In this document: positions 25,620 to 37,954 of the stretch, in pieces
Layout: every line of letters begins with the position of its first letter
How positions within the stretch are numbered: position 1 is the first letter of the stretch
NCBI GenBank assembly: GCA_030390025.1
Contig: CM059432.1
Span: forward strand, 2,418,001-2,482,000
Direction of reading: 5' to 3'
Source of the DNA: Squalus acanthias
Lineage: Eukaryota
DNA length: 64,000 nucleotides
Program-made: the position numbers and the translations under genes
The notes under the pieces: generated by a model
What the model was told of the DNA's origin: nothing
Database searches by the model: none
The model's input: only the letters and a program-made list of their open reading frames with translations

Positions 25620-26263
25620 GGGGCTCAAATGGCTTTGCGACCGGGCGCGGCGCTGACATCGACTCCCGCCATGTTCGGCGGGAGTTTTGCGGCGGCGCTA
25701 AGGCGTTGCGCCCCGATCTCCTTCGCCCGGAGATCGTGACGTCATCACCGTGCGCATCGCCCCGGTAGCGCCCCGGACCCGAAATTGACTTCCGCCCCCC
25801 CTGCAGCAGCGCCGGGCGAAAACACCGACAGCTGCAGGAGGCGCGCATCGGGCGGCCGGCCGCTTCAGGGGGCGATGATTAAAGGCGAGGTGGCCGAGGT
25901 AAGTAAAAAAATAACTTACCTTTCCTGTTCTAGTTTTATTCTGCTTGAGTGCTGGGCTGATCGCAGCTGCCTGGGTGGTCCAGGTAGGTACTTTTTCTAT
26001 TGCAGAGCCTGCAGCGATGGCCCTTCCCTTTAAGGGAGGGAAGGAGTCTTTGAAGACGGCGGCGCTGCCCGGCCCAGTGTGCCGCGCTGCTGAAGTCTCC
26101 GCCCTGCTCTCCGACGTTAGCGCCCTAAGAAGGAAGTGGCGTGCCTGATTTAGCGCTCCACCTCCCTCTTGGGGCGCTAAAACTCAATTTCGCGGTCGCC
26201 AGCGCTAGTTAGCGCCCAGGCGATGTTAACGCCCCAAAATGGTCGATACCGAATTTTTCCCCC
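25620..26263 (+). mobile_element. Non-autonomous Harbinger-type element related to 1454-5594 (left end uncertain, possibly 25407)
   Basis: 25690-25800 resembles 1579-1690; 26148-26263 resembles 5461-5594; terminal AATTTTTCCCCC; repeated TTAGCGCC/GGCGCTAA motifs. Confidence 0.7.
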
Positions 26264-27116
26264 ATAGACTATCTATTCCTTCATCCAAGTCATTAATAAA
26301 TATAGATCCCCGGGGGACTAGTCACATCCTGCCAATTGGAGTACATACCCATTATCCCTACTCTCTGTCTCCTGCCTCCTATCCAACTCCCTATCCAGGC
26401 CAATAGGTTGCCTCCAATTCCACGCGCTCCCATTTTTGTTAACAGTCTCTTATGTGACCTCAGTCTAGAGAGGAGTGGGTGGAACTGCAGGCGAAGGCAC
26501 AGAGCAATAGGGGATCAGGGCGGGTGTGAAATAGAGGGGCTTGGGAGTTCAGGGTGTTGAGGGAAGAGGAGGAGGAGGAAACATGGGATGAGACAGCCCT
26601 ATGAACAGTCACAATCTTAGAGATGGAAAACTCTATGAAGTACCTGCACTCGCTACATGAGCTCGCATTCTTACTGAGAACTGATCAACCATGATGAAGA
26701 AGTTTGCAGATGATACAAAAATTGGCTGTGTGGTCGATAATGAGGAAGAAAGCTGCAGACTGCAGGAAGATATCAATGGACTGGTCAGGTGGGCAGAAAA
26801 GTGGCAAATGGATTTCAATCCGGAGAAGTGTGAGGTAATGCATTTGGGGAGGGCTAACAAGGCAAGGGAATACACAATAAATGGTAGGACACTGAGAAAG
26901 GTAAAGGAACAAAGGGACCTTGGAGTGCATGTCCACAGATCCCTGAAGGTAGCAGGACAGGTAGATGAGGTGGTTAAGAAGGCATAATGGATACTTTCCT
27001 TTATTAGCCGTGGCATAAATATAAGCCATGATGCGGAGATGCCGGTGTTGGACTGGGGTGGACAAAAGTGAGAAGTCGCACAACACCAGGTTATAGTCCA
27101 ACAGTTTTATTTGAAA

Positions 27117-27154
27117 TCACAAGCTTTCGGAGCTGCTGCCCCTTCGTCAGGTGA
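27117..27154 (-). ncRNA. Minimal hammerhead ribozyme (family A terminal repeat)
   Basis: UCAC-CUGACGA-A-GGGGC(AGCA)GCUCC-GAAAG-CUU-GUGA. Confidence 0.8.
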
Positions 27155-28060
27155 AGTGAAGGAATACAAATCGGCACAGCATATATAGACAGAGAACAAT
27201 GCATGTGCAGCGTACAATGTCAGACGACTACATTTAATCCTTCTGACTGCCTTTCGTCACACCTCGGCAGAGAAACAATCAGGTCAGCCAGGAAGGCACC
27301 ACATCAAAGACATAGCAAGATACAACTGAGACAATGAGGTGGGGTCACAGGGGGTCTAATGTGTCAAATGCTGCAGTATGTATGGAAAACCATAAACTTT
27401 AACATTTTTACTTTTTTTTTACTGGAAATCATATCTGTGAACAAGCCAACGACGACTCGAGTCTGGATGACTCTACGTCATGTAGCGTGACATGAACCCT
27501 AGATCCCGGTTGAGGCCGTCTTCATGGGCGCGGAACTTGGCTATCAGTTTCTGCTCGATGATTTTGCGTTGTCGTGTGTCTCGAAGGCCGCCTTGGAGAA
27601 CGCTTACCCGCAGATCCGAGGCTGAATGTCCTTGACTGCTGAAGTGTTCCCCGACTGGGAGGGAACACTCCTGCCTGGCGATTGTTGCGCGGTGTCCGTT
27701 CATACGTTGTCTCAGTGTCTGCATGGTCTCACCGATGTACCATGCTCTGGGGCATCCTTTCCTGCAACAAATCAGGTAGACAACGTTGGCTGAGTCACAT
27801 GAGTATGTACCATGTACCTGGTGGGTAGTGTCCTCACGTGTGATGATGGTATCTGTGTTGATGATCTGGCATGTCTTGCAGAGGTTGCCGTGGCAGGGTT
27901 GTGTGGTGTCATGGTCGCTGTTATCCTGAAAGCTGGGTAATTTGCTGCGAACGATGGTACTTCTGAGGTTAGGCAGCTGAGGGTAGGCTGCGACACCACA
28001 GACTTCTTACAGAAACTCAGCACCCACGGATCAGTTGAACCAGGAACACTCCTCGCCACG

Positions 28061-29431
28061 ATGGACGTATCGGCACTCTACACCAGTATCCCCCACGATG
28101 ACGGCATCGCTGCGACAGCCTCAGTACTCAACACCAACAACAGCCAATCTCCAGACGCCATCCTACAACTCATCCACTTCATCCTTGACCACAATGTCTT
28201 CACCTTCGACAACCATTTTTTTACCCAAACACACGGAACAGCCATGGGGACCAAATTCGCACCCCAATACGCCAACATCTTCATGCACAAGTTCGAGCAA
28301 GACTTCTTCGCTGCACAGGACCTCCAGCCAACGCTGTACACCAGATACATCGACAACATTTTCTACCTTTGGACCCACGGTGAAGGATCACTGAAAAGAC
28401 TACACGATAACATCAACAAGTTCCATCCCACCATCAAACTCACCATGGACTACTCCTCAGAATCGGTTTCATTCCTGGACACACGAATCTCCATCAAAGA
28501 CGGACACCTCAGCACTTCACTCAACCACAAGCCCACGGACAACCTCACGATGCTTCACTTCTCCAGCTACCACCCTAACCACGTTAAAGAAGCCATCCCC
28601 TATGGACAAGCCCTGCGAATACACAGGATCTGCTCAGACGAGGAGGAACGCGATGGACACCTACGGACGCTGAAAAACGTCCTCGTAAGAATGAGATATG
28701 ACGCTCGACTCATCGATCGACAGTTCCGACGGGCCACAGCGAAAAACCGCATAGACCTCCTCAGAAGGCGAACACGGGACACAACCAACAGGGTACCCTA
28801 CGTCGTCCAGTACTTCCCCGGAGCGGAGAAACTACGCCATGTTCTTCGCAGCCTTCAACATGTCATCGATGACGACGAACACCTCGCTAAGGCCATCCCC
28901 ACGCCTCCACTACTCGCCTTCAAACAGCTGCCTAACCTCAGAAGTACCATCGTTTGCAGCAAATTACCCAGCTTTCAGGATAACAGCGACCACGACACCA
29001 CACAACCCTGCCACGGCAACCTCTGCAAGACATGCCAGATCATCAATACAGATACCATCATCACACGTGAGGACACTACCCACCAGGTACATGGTACATA
29101 CTCATGTGACTCGGCCAACGTTGTCTACCTGATTCGTTGCAGGAAAGGATGCCCCAGAGCATGGTACATCGGCGAGACCAGGCAGACACTGAGACAACGT
29201 ATGAACGGACACCGCGCAACAATCGCCAGGCAGGAGTGTTCCCTCCCAGTCGGGGAGCACTTCAGCAGTCAAGGACATTCAGCCTCGGATCTGCGGGTAA
29301 GCGTTCTCCAAGGCGGCCTTCGAGACACACGACAACGCAAAATCATCGAGCAGAAACTGATAGCCAAGTTCCGCACTCATGAGGACGGCCTCAACCAGGA
29401 TCTAGGGTTCATGTCATGCTACATGACATAG
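28061..29431 (+). CDS. Penelope-like RT + Cys linker + GIY-YIG endonuclease (N-truncated; RT YIDD changed to YIDN)
   Basis: MDVSALYTSIP, GTAMGTKFAPQYAN, RYIDNIF, PCHGNLCKTC, VVYLIRC..WYIGET..RMNGH, GLN. Confidence 0.9.
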   Translation: MDVSALYTSIPHDDGIAATASVLNTNNSQSPDAILQLIHFILDHNVFTFDNHFFTQTHGTAMGTKFAPQYANIFMHKFEQDFFAAQDLQPTLYTRYIDNIFYLWTHGEGSLKRLHDNINKFHPTIKLTMDYSSESVSFLDTRISIKDGHLSTSLNHKPTDNLTMLHFSSYHPNHVKEAIPYGQALRIHRICSDEEERDGHLRTLKNVLVRMRYDARLIDRQFRRATAKNRIDLLRRRTRDTTNRVPYVVQYFPGAEKLRHVLRSLQHVIDDDEHLAKAIPTPPLLAFKQLPNLRSTIVCSKLPSFQDNSDHDTTQPCHGNLCKTCQIINTDTIITREDTTHQVHGTYSCDSANVVYLIRCRKGCPRAWYIGETRQTLRQRMNGHRATIARQECSLPVGEHFSSQGHSASDLRVSVLQGGLRDTRQRKIIEQKLIAKFRTHEDGLNQDLGFMSCYMT

Positions 29432-29743
29432 AGTCATCCAGACTCGAGTCGTCGTTGGCTTGTTCACAGATATGATTTCCAGTAAAAAAAAGTAAAAATT
29501 TTAAAGTTTATGGTTTTCCATACAGACTGCAGCATTTGACACATTAGACCCCCTGTGACCTCATTGTCTCAGTTGTATCTTGCTATGTCTTTGATGTGGT
29601 GCCTTCCTGGCTGACCTGATTGTTTCTCTGCCGAGGTGTGACGAAAGGCAGTCAGAAGGATTAAATGTAGTCGTCTGACATTGTACGCTACACATGCATT
29701 GTTCTCTGTCTATATATGCTTTGTCGATTCGTATTCCTTTACT

Positions 29744-29781
29744 TCACCTGACGAAGGAGCAGCCGCTCCGAAAGCTTGTGA
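29744..29781 (+). ncRNA. Minimal hammerhead ribozyme (family A terminal repeat)
   Basis: UCAC-CUGACGA-A-GGAGC(AGCC)GCUCC-GAAAG-CUU-GUGA; stems I and II pair; palindromic AAGCUU stem III. Confidence 0.82.
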
Positions 29782-30627
29782 TTTCAAATAAAACTGTTGG
29801 ACTATAACCTGGTGTTGTGCGACTTCTCACTTTTATAGAATATAAGAGCAGGGAAGTTATGCTTGAACTGTATAAAACACTAGTTAGGGCACAGCTAGAA
29901 TACTGCGTACAGTTCTGGTCACCACATTACAGGAAAGATGTGATTGCACTAGAGAGGGTACAGAGGAGATTTACAAGGATGTTGCCAGGACTGGAGAATT
30001 TTAGCTATGAGGAAAGATTGGATTGGCTGGGGTTGTTTCCTTTGGAACAGAGGAGGCCAAGGGGATACTTAATAGAGTGTGTAAAATTATGAGGGGCCTA
30101 GATAGAGTGGATAGGAAGGACCTATTTCCCTTAGCAGAGAGCCCAATAACCAGGGGGCAGAGATTTAAAGTAATTGGTAGAAGGATTAGAGGGGAGTTGA
30201 GGAGAACTTTTTTCACCCAGAGGGTGGTGGGGGTCTGGAACTCACTGCCTGAAAGGGTGGTAGAGGCAGAAACCCTCATCACATTTAAAAAGTACTTGGA
30301 TATGCACTTGAAGTGCCGTAGCCTACAGGGCTACGGACCAAGAGCTGGAAAGTGGGATTAGGCTGGATAGCTCTTTGTCGGCCGGCACAGACACGATGGG
30401 CTGAATGGCCTCCTTCTGTACTGTAAACGTCTATGATTCAATGAACCACACCCAGTGAGGGACAATTCCTTTAGAAGGCAATCGCCAAATTCATATTTCT
30501 CAAATATGTGAGTCCAGCATTCTAGTGCTCAAGCTAGCTCGTAATGCAGTATCAGTCTGACATCTTACAGAATGTTGTATGTAATCTCTGTGTAATTAAC
30601 GACCCTTACTCTCGTTAAGCTGAGTGT

Positions 30628-31060
30628 TTACAACAACAACAACAACTTGCATTTGTATAGCACCTTTAACGTAGTAAAACGTCCCAAGGCGCTTCACAGG
30701 AGCGATTATCAAACAAAATTTGACACCGAGCCACATAAAGAGATATTAGGGCAGATGACCAAAAGCTTTTAGGAGCGTCTTAAAGGAGGAGAGCGAGAGC
30801 GGAGAGGTTTAGGGAGGGAATTCCAGCGTTTAGGGCCCTAGCGAGCTGAAGACACGGCCACCAATGGTGGAGCGATGAAATCGGAGGATGCGCAAGAGGC
30901 CAGAATTGGAGGAGCGCAGAGATCTCAGGAGGGTTGTGGGGCTGGAGGAGATTACAGAGATAGGGAGGGGCGAGGCCCTGGGGAGATTTGTAAACAAGGA
31001 TGAGAATTTTAAAATCGAGGCGTTGCTTAACCGGGAGCCGAGGTAGGTCAGCGAGCACAA
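30628..31060 (-). mobile_element. L2 3' fragment
   Basis: (AAC)n tail; RLDFKILILVYKS. Confidence 0.85.
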
Positions 31061-31699
31061 TTGGTGCAACAATTGGTAAAAGTGCCCAAAAGATGCAAAG
31101 AACAAAGCAAACAAGACAAAGATTCATACGATTAATAAACAAAATCACACTAAATCATATGAAGAACTGCAAAGTACAACCTATTCAACAGGGAGCGGAA
31201 AAGAAAACAGTTCCAGCTGTCTAGATTCTTTTAACAATAATTACAAAAAGATACATTTCACTTTTCTTGACGATTGTAGCAGAGCAGTAATAAACATGTT
31301 TCAGAGTGACTGGACTTGGCAGTAACATCCGTGGTAAATGTCACAATGTAATCTACTCCAGGGCATGATTGTAACAGCACAAAGTAACTCAATAACTTGC
31401 TAACTCGTGTGTGCAATGATTTCCTATTTGGGAATGAAATAAACTTGCTTGCAGAATCAGACACATTCCTGAAACAGCAGAAAAGGACAAAAGATATCAC
31501 AACATTAATCTCTCGCAACAGAAGTCCTCTGTTTCTTTGGGAATGACACCACAGTCAATGTTGATACAACCCCAATAACAAAAATACTTTTACTATAAAG
31601 CTGTCCCAATGGAACGCTTGAACATCTTCATCCTAGATTAATCGGATCTGGATTTAGCTCGAGTGAAATATATGGTACAGACCTCTTACATTCGAGTCT

Positions 31700-32000
31700 A
31701 GAGGGAGTCTAGAACCAGGGGTCACAGTCTCAGGATAAGGGGTCGCCCATTTAAGACTGAGATGAGGAGAATTTCTTCACTCAGAGGTTGTGAATCTTTG
31801 GAATTCTCTGCCCAGAGGGCTGTGGAGGCTCAGTCGTTGAGTATATTCAAGGCTGAGATAGATAGATTTTTGGACTCTAGGGGAATCGAGGGATATGGGG
31901 ATCGGGCGGGAAAGTGGAGTTGATGTCGATGATCAGCCATGATCCTATTGAATGGCGGAGCAGGCTCGAGGGGCCGTACGGCCGACTCCTATTTCTGATG
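31700..32000 (+). mobile_element. CR1 3' fragment
   Basis: CR1 3' consensus. Confidence 0.75.
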
Positions 32001-32162
32001 CTACTATGTTTGTGCAAAAGTGTAAGTAGTGCATTTCAGGCTGGAACGGTAACAATGATATTGTAAACATGAACAGGTGTAACAGTCTGTTGCCTCCAGC
32101 TAACAGTGGATGCTGATCTCCTACCTTGAATTCGCCATATTCACGGACTATCTGGTCATTTA

Positions 32163-32620
32163 AAGAAAGACTTGCATTTCTATAGCACCTTTCACAAACT
32201 CCCAAAGTGCTTTACAGCCAATGAAGTCCTTTTGAAGTGTAGTCGCTGTTGTAATGTAGGAAACGTGGCAGCCAATTGCGCACAGCAAGCTCCCATAAAC
32301 AGCAATGTGATAATGACCAGATAATCTGTTTTTGTGATGTCCGTTGAGGGATAAATATTGGCCAGGACACCAGGGATAACTCTCCTGCTCTTCTTTGAAA
32401 TTGTGCCACAGGATCTTTTACATCCACCTGAGAGAACAGACGGCGCCTTGGTTTAACGTCTCATCCTAAAGGCAGCACCTCTGACAGTGCGGCGCTCCCT
32501 CAGCACTGCACTGGAGTGTCAGCCTAGATTTTTGTGCTCTAGTCTCTGGAGTGGGACTTGAACCCACAACCTTCTGAGTCAGAGGCGAGGGTGTTACCCA
32601 GTGAACTACAGCTAACACTG
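32163..32620 (-). mobile_element. DeuSINE, full length (followed by a + strand 3' fragment, 32620-32790)
   Basis: Reverse SINE consensus. Confidence 0.8.
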
Positions 32621-32929
32621 ACATTTATCACATTGTTGTTTGTGGGAGCATGCTGTTCACAAATTGGCTGCTGCTTTTCCACATTACAGGAGTGACTACA
32701 CTTTGTAAAAGTGCTTCATTGCCTGTCACATGCTTTGGGATGTCCTGAGGTTGTGAACAGCGGGATACATAATGCAAGTCTTTCTTTCTTTATATTACTA
32801 TCTGTTCTGGGTACTTGCATGACTGGATCCTAAGATCCAGACTCCCCGTGGCTACGAATGCTGTAGATCTTTCTATGATTCTATGAGTTTAGGTCTAGAG
32901 TTCAGAATGATAGGATGCACAACCTCAAG

Positions 32930-33665
32930 ATCATAGAGTCATACAGCACAGAGGAGGCCATTCGGTCCATCGTACCTGTGCTGGCTCTTTGAACAAGCTC
33001 TCCAATTAGTCCCACTCACCCCGCCCTTTCCCCATAGCTCTGCAGTTTTTTCTCCTTCAAGTATTTATCCAGTTCCCTTTTGAAAGTTACTATTGAATCT
33101 GCTTCCACCGCCCTTTCAGGCAGCGCATTCCAGATCATAACAACTCGCTGCGTAAAAAAAATTCTCCTCATCTCCCCTCTGGTTCTTTTGCCAATTATCT
33201 TAAATCTGTGTCCTCTGGTTACCGACCCTCCTGCCTTTGGAAACAGTTTCTCATTATTAACACTAGCAAAACCCCTCATGATTTTGAACACTTCTAAAAT
33301 CTCCCCTTAACCTTCTCTGCTCCAAGGAGAACAACCCCCAGCTTCTCCAGTCTCTCCACATAACTGAAGTTCCTCATCCCTGGAACCATTCCAGTAAATC
33401 TCCTCTGCACCCTCTCCAAGGCCTTGACATCCTCCCTAAAGTGTGGTGCCCAGAATTGGACACAATACTCCAGCTGGGGCCGAACCAGTGATTTATAAAG
33501 TTTTAGCACAACTTACTTGCTTTTGTACTCTATGCCTCTATTTATCAAGCCCAGGATCCCGTATGTTATTTTTAAAAGCCTTCTCAACTGGCCCTGCCAC
33601 CTTCAAAGATTTGTGTATTACACCCCAAGGTCTCTCTGTTCCTGTGCCCCCTTCAAATTGTACCA
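32930..33665 (-). mobile_element. CR1 3' fragment
   Basis: [29 protein letters not shown]. Confidence 0.88.
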
Positions 33666-33880
33666 GATCTGAAACAATTGTAACAAACCTTAAACTTGTT
33701 GGCAACTGATATTAATTAAAAAGGAAAATGCAAATGCTGAAAATATGAATACAAAATAGATCAATCAGCATCTCAGGAAAAAACAGTAGTATGATGATTT
33801 GGTTCTAATGAGGGTTAATAAAAACTGAAAATGCTGGAAACACTCAGCAGGTCAGGCAGCATCTGTGGAGAGTGAAACAG

Positions 33881-33917
33881 AGTTAACGTTTCAGGTCAAT
33901 GACCCTTCGTCAGAACT
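33881..33917 (-). ncRNA. Minimal hammerhead ribozyme (family B) in a solo terminal-repeat fragment (33820-33917)
   Basis: AGUU-CUGACGA-A-GGGUC(AUU)GACCU-GAAAC-GUU-AACU. Confidence 0.8.
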
Positions 33918-34036
33918 CTAATGAGGGTTACCACCCAAAACTTCACTCAGAACATTAGTTCCATAAAACTAACGTTTTATTTCTACAAAAAAAAAAGGTG
34001 AATGCATTTTCCATGCAAGATAAACTGTAAACTATA

Positions 34037-34414
34037 GTTTTCAAAACCCCCCATGGCCTCGTCCCTCCCTACCTCTGTAACCTCCTCCAGCCCTACAACC
34101 CTCCGAGATCTCTGCGCACCTCCAGTTCCGGCCTCTTGCACATCCCCCGATTTCCATCGCTCCACCATTGGCGGCCGTGTCTTCAGCTGCCTGGGCCCTA
34201 AGCTCTGGAATTCCCTCCCTAAACCTCTCCGCCTCTCTCTCCTCCTTTCTGACGCTCCTTAAAACCTCTCTCTTTGGCCAAGCTTTTGGTCACCTGCCCT
34301 AATATTTCCTTATATGGCTCGGTGTCAAATTCTGTTTGTTAATCGCTCCTGTGAAGCACCTTGTGGATGTTTTATTGCGTTAAAGGCGTTGTATAAATAC
34401 AAGTTGTTGTTGTT
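34037..34414 (+). mobile_element. L2 3' fragment
   Basis: L2 3' consensus and (GTT)n tail. Confidence 0.8.
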
Positions 34415-35434
34415 ATAAACACTAACGTAGGGCAGGGTTAACCATAAGAACAATTAGGGTTTAGAGTGTCCAGAGATTGTACAGCTATTTGAAGTTTGAG
34501 TTGGATTTCTGTGTCTGTAATCCAGCAGTGTGGATGGATTACACACGGCGAAGTTAAGTCAACCGAACATTTTTCGCAACCATAAATATTTTATATTTTG
34601 GTGTAAATTTAGACCTTCTTGATCCCCAGCATTACTTTCTGTTTTGAAAACAGTCAACCATAACTGCCTGGGATTTAATACAGAATCTTCCTGCTTTCTT
34701 TGTCTGTTTATGATTTCATATTTACACAGTTATCTAAGCACAGGGTTCTGTCACATCTACTTTTTACTACATTAACAACAACTTGCATTTCTATAGCGCC
34801 TTAGAATCATAGAATCATAGAATGGTTACAGAACAGAAGGAGGCCATTCGGCCCGTCGAGCCCGTGCCGGCTCTCTGCAAGAGCAGTTCAGCTAGTCCCA
34901 CTCCCCCGCCCTTTCCCCGTAGCCCTGCAAAATTTTTTCCTTCAGGTACTTATCCAACTCCCTTTTGAAAGCCGTGATTGAGTCTGCCTCCACCACCCTC
35001 TCAGGCAGTGCATTCCAGATCATAACCACTCGCTGCGTAAAAAAGTTTTTCCTCATGTCGCCTTTGGACCTTCTGCCAATCACCTTAAATCTGTGTCCTC
35101 TGGTTCTCGACCCTTCCGCCAATGGGAACAGTTTCTCTCTATCTACTCTGTCCAGACCCCTCATGATTTTGAACACCTCTATCAAATCTCCTCTCAATCT
35201 TCACTGCTCTAAGGAGAACAACCCCAGCTTCTCCAGTCTATCCATGTAACTGAAGTCCCTCATCCCTGGAACCATTCTTGTAAATCTTTTCTGCACCCTC
35301 TCTAAGGCCTTCACATCCTTCCTAAAGTGCGGTGCCCAGAATTGGGCACAATACTCCAGTTGAGGCCAAACCAGTGTTTTATAAAGGTTCATCATAACTT
35401 CCTTGCTTTTGTACTCTATACCTCTATTTATGAA

Positions 35435-35555
35435 TGCTTTGGCGATTCTGTATCTTTTTACTTCACCCGACGAAGGAGTAGTAAGCTCCGAAAGCTTGTG
35501 ATTTAAAATAAAACTGTTGGACTATAACCTGGTGTTGTGCGACCTCTCAATTTTG
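35435..35555 (+). mobile_element. 121-bp Penelope terminal-repeat insertion containing a hammerhead motif (35463-35501)
   Basis: Matches 29717-29834; perfect 12-bp duplication TCTATTTATGAA (35423-35434, 35556-35567); core reads CCGACGA..GAAAGCTT. Confidence 0.88.
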
Positions 35556-37519
35556 TCTATTTATGAAGCCCAGGATCCCGTAAGCTTGTTTAACCGCGAT
35601 CTCAACCTGCCCTGCCACCTTCAACGATTTGTACACATACACTCCCAGGTGTCTCTGTTCATGCACCCCCTTTAGGATTGTACCCTCTAGTTTATATTGC
35701 CTCTCCTCGTTCTTCCTACCAAAATGTATCACTTCACACTTTTCTGCCTTAAATTTCATCTGCCATGTGTCTGCCCATTCCACCAGCCTGTCTATGTCCT
35801 CTTGAAGTCTATCACTATCCTCCTCACTGTTCACTATACTTCCAAGCTTTGTGTCATCTGCAAATTTTGAAATTGTGCCCTGTACACCCACATCCAAGTC
35901 ATTAATATATATCAAGAAAAGCAGTGGTCTTAGAACTGACCCCTAGGGAACACCACTGTATACCTTCCTCCAGTCCGAAAAACAACCGTTCACCACTACT
36001 CTCTGTTTCCTATCACTTAGCCAATTCTGTATCCATGCTGCCACTGTCCCTTTTATTCCATGGGCTTCAACTTTGCTGGCAAGCCTATTATGTGGCACTT
36101 TATCAAACACCTTTTGGAAGTCCATGTACACCACATCAACCGCATTGCCCTCATCAACCCTCTCTGTTACCTCATCAAAAAACTCAATCAAGTTAGTTAA
36201 ACACGATTTGCCTTTAACAAATCCATGCTGGCTTTCCTTAATTAATCCACACTTGTTCAAGTGACTGTTAATTTTGTCCCGGATTATAGTTTCTAAAAGC
36301 TTCTCCACTACCGAGGTTAAATTGACTGGCCTGTAGTTGCTGGGTTTATCCTTACACCCTTTTTGAACAAGGGTGTAACATTTGCAATTCTCCAGTCCTC
36401 TGACACCACCCCGGTATCTAAGGAGGATTGGAAGATTATGGCCAGTACCTCCGCAATTTCCATCTTTACTTCTTTCAGCATCCTCGGATGCATCCCATCC
36501 GGTCCTGGTGACTTATCTACTTTAAGTACAGCCAGACTTTCTAGTATCTCCTCTTTATCAATTTTTATACCATTCAGCATCTTCGTCCTTCGTAAAGACA
36601 GATGCAAAGTACTCATTTAGTACCTCAGCCATGCCCTTTGCCTCCATGTGTAGGTCTCCATTTTGGTCCCTAATCGGCCCCAGCCCTCATCTTACTACCC
36701 GTTTACTATTTATATGCCTATAGAAGACTTTTGGATTCCCTTTTATGTTAGCTGTCATTCTATTCTCATACCCTCGCTTTGCCCCTCTTATTTTCTTTTC
36801 ACTTCCCCTCTGAACTTTTTCTATATTCAGCCTGGTTCACACTTGTATTCTCAACCTGACATCTTTCTGCTTCATCTTACTCTCTATCTCTTTCGTCATC
36901 CAGGGAGCTCTGTCTTTGGTTGCCCTACCTTTCCCCCTCGTGGGAATGTACCTAGGCTCTACCTGAACCATCTCCTCTTTAAAGGCAGCCCATTGTTCCA
37001 TTACAGTTTTGCCTGACGATCTTTGATTCCAATTTACCTGGGCCAGATCCATTCTCAACCCACTGAAATTGGCCTTCCTCCAATTAAGTATTTTTACTCT
37101 AGATTGCTCCCTATCCTTTTCCATAGCTAATCTAAACCTTATGATACTATGATCACTGTTCCCTAAATGTTCCCCTACTGACACTTGCTCCACTTGACCC
37201 ACCTCATTCCCCACAACCAGATCCAGCAATGCCTCTTTCCTCATTGGGCTGGAAGCATACTGATCAAGTTCTCCTGAACACACTTCAGAAATTCTTCCCC
37301 CTCTCTGCCCTTTACACTATTACTATCCAAGTCTACATTAGGATAGTTGAAGTTCCCCGTTTTCACTACTCTATAGTTCTTGAACCTCTCTGTAATTTCC
37401 CTACAAATTTGCTCCTCTATATCCTTCCCACTAGTTGGTGGTCTATAGAATACACCTAGTAGTGTAATGTCACCTCTATTGTTTCTCAACTCTAACCAAA
37501 CAGATTCTGTCCTTGACCC

Positions 37520-37863
37520 AGAATCACAGAATCACAGAATCCCCACAGTGCAGATAGAGGCCATTTCGGCCCATCGAGCCTGCACTGACACATATCCCAC
37601 CCTATCCCCGTAACCCCTCATATTTAATCCCCCTAACACTAAGGGTCAATTTATCATAGCCAAATCAACCTAACCCTCACATCTTTGGACTGTGGGAGGA
37701 AACCGGAGCACCCGGAGGAAACCCACGCAGACACGGGGAGAATGTGCAAACTCCACACAGACAGTCACCCGAGGCCAGATTCGAACCCGGGTCCCTGACG
37801 CTGTGAGGCAACAGTGCTAACCACTATGCCACCGTGTTGCCCCACTATGCCACCGTGTTGCCC
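37520..37863 (-). mobile_element. HE1-like V-SINE (tRNA head, CR1-derived tail), with 21-bp head duplication
   Basis: A box TGGCATAGTGG, B box GGTTCGAATC, V domain ctgtgtggagtttgcacattctccccgtgtctgcgtgggtttcctccggg, tail (ATTCTGTG)n. Confidence 0.85.
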
Positions 37864-37954
37864 CTCCAGAACATCCTCTCTATCCAGCACTGTAATATTC
37901 TCCTTAACCAATACTGCCACACCACCTCCTTTCTTTCCTTCCCTATCTTTCCGG

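Larger units (their letters stand above)
27025..29834 (+). mobile_element. Penelope-like element (family A, Neptune-type), 5'-truncated, with an inverted copy of its 3' end in front
   Basis: 27063-27979 is the reverse complement of 28925-29834; imperfect duplication ATA-AATATAAG (27015-27025) / ATAGAATATAAG (29835-29846). Confidence 0.9.
26690..30440 (+). mobile_element. CR1 3' portion split by the Penelope insertion (26690-27024 and 29835-30440)
   Basis: KFADDTKIG..VVKKA | IEYKSREVMLELYKTLVR. Confidence 0.88.

Noticed and set aside
28061..29431. Telomerase RT or selenoprotein-type (Naiad) Penelope element
   Set aside because: C-terminal GIY-YIG with a Cys linker indicates a Neptune-type element; no in-frame TGA recoding is seen.
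37770..37863. tRNA genes (also heads at 7670, 58597)
   Set aside because: A/B boxes belong to SINE heads that continue into SINE bodies; no complete cloverleaf.
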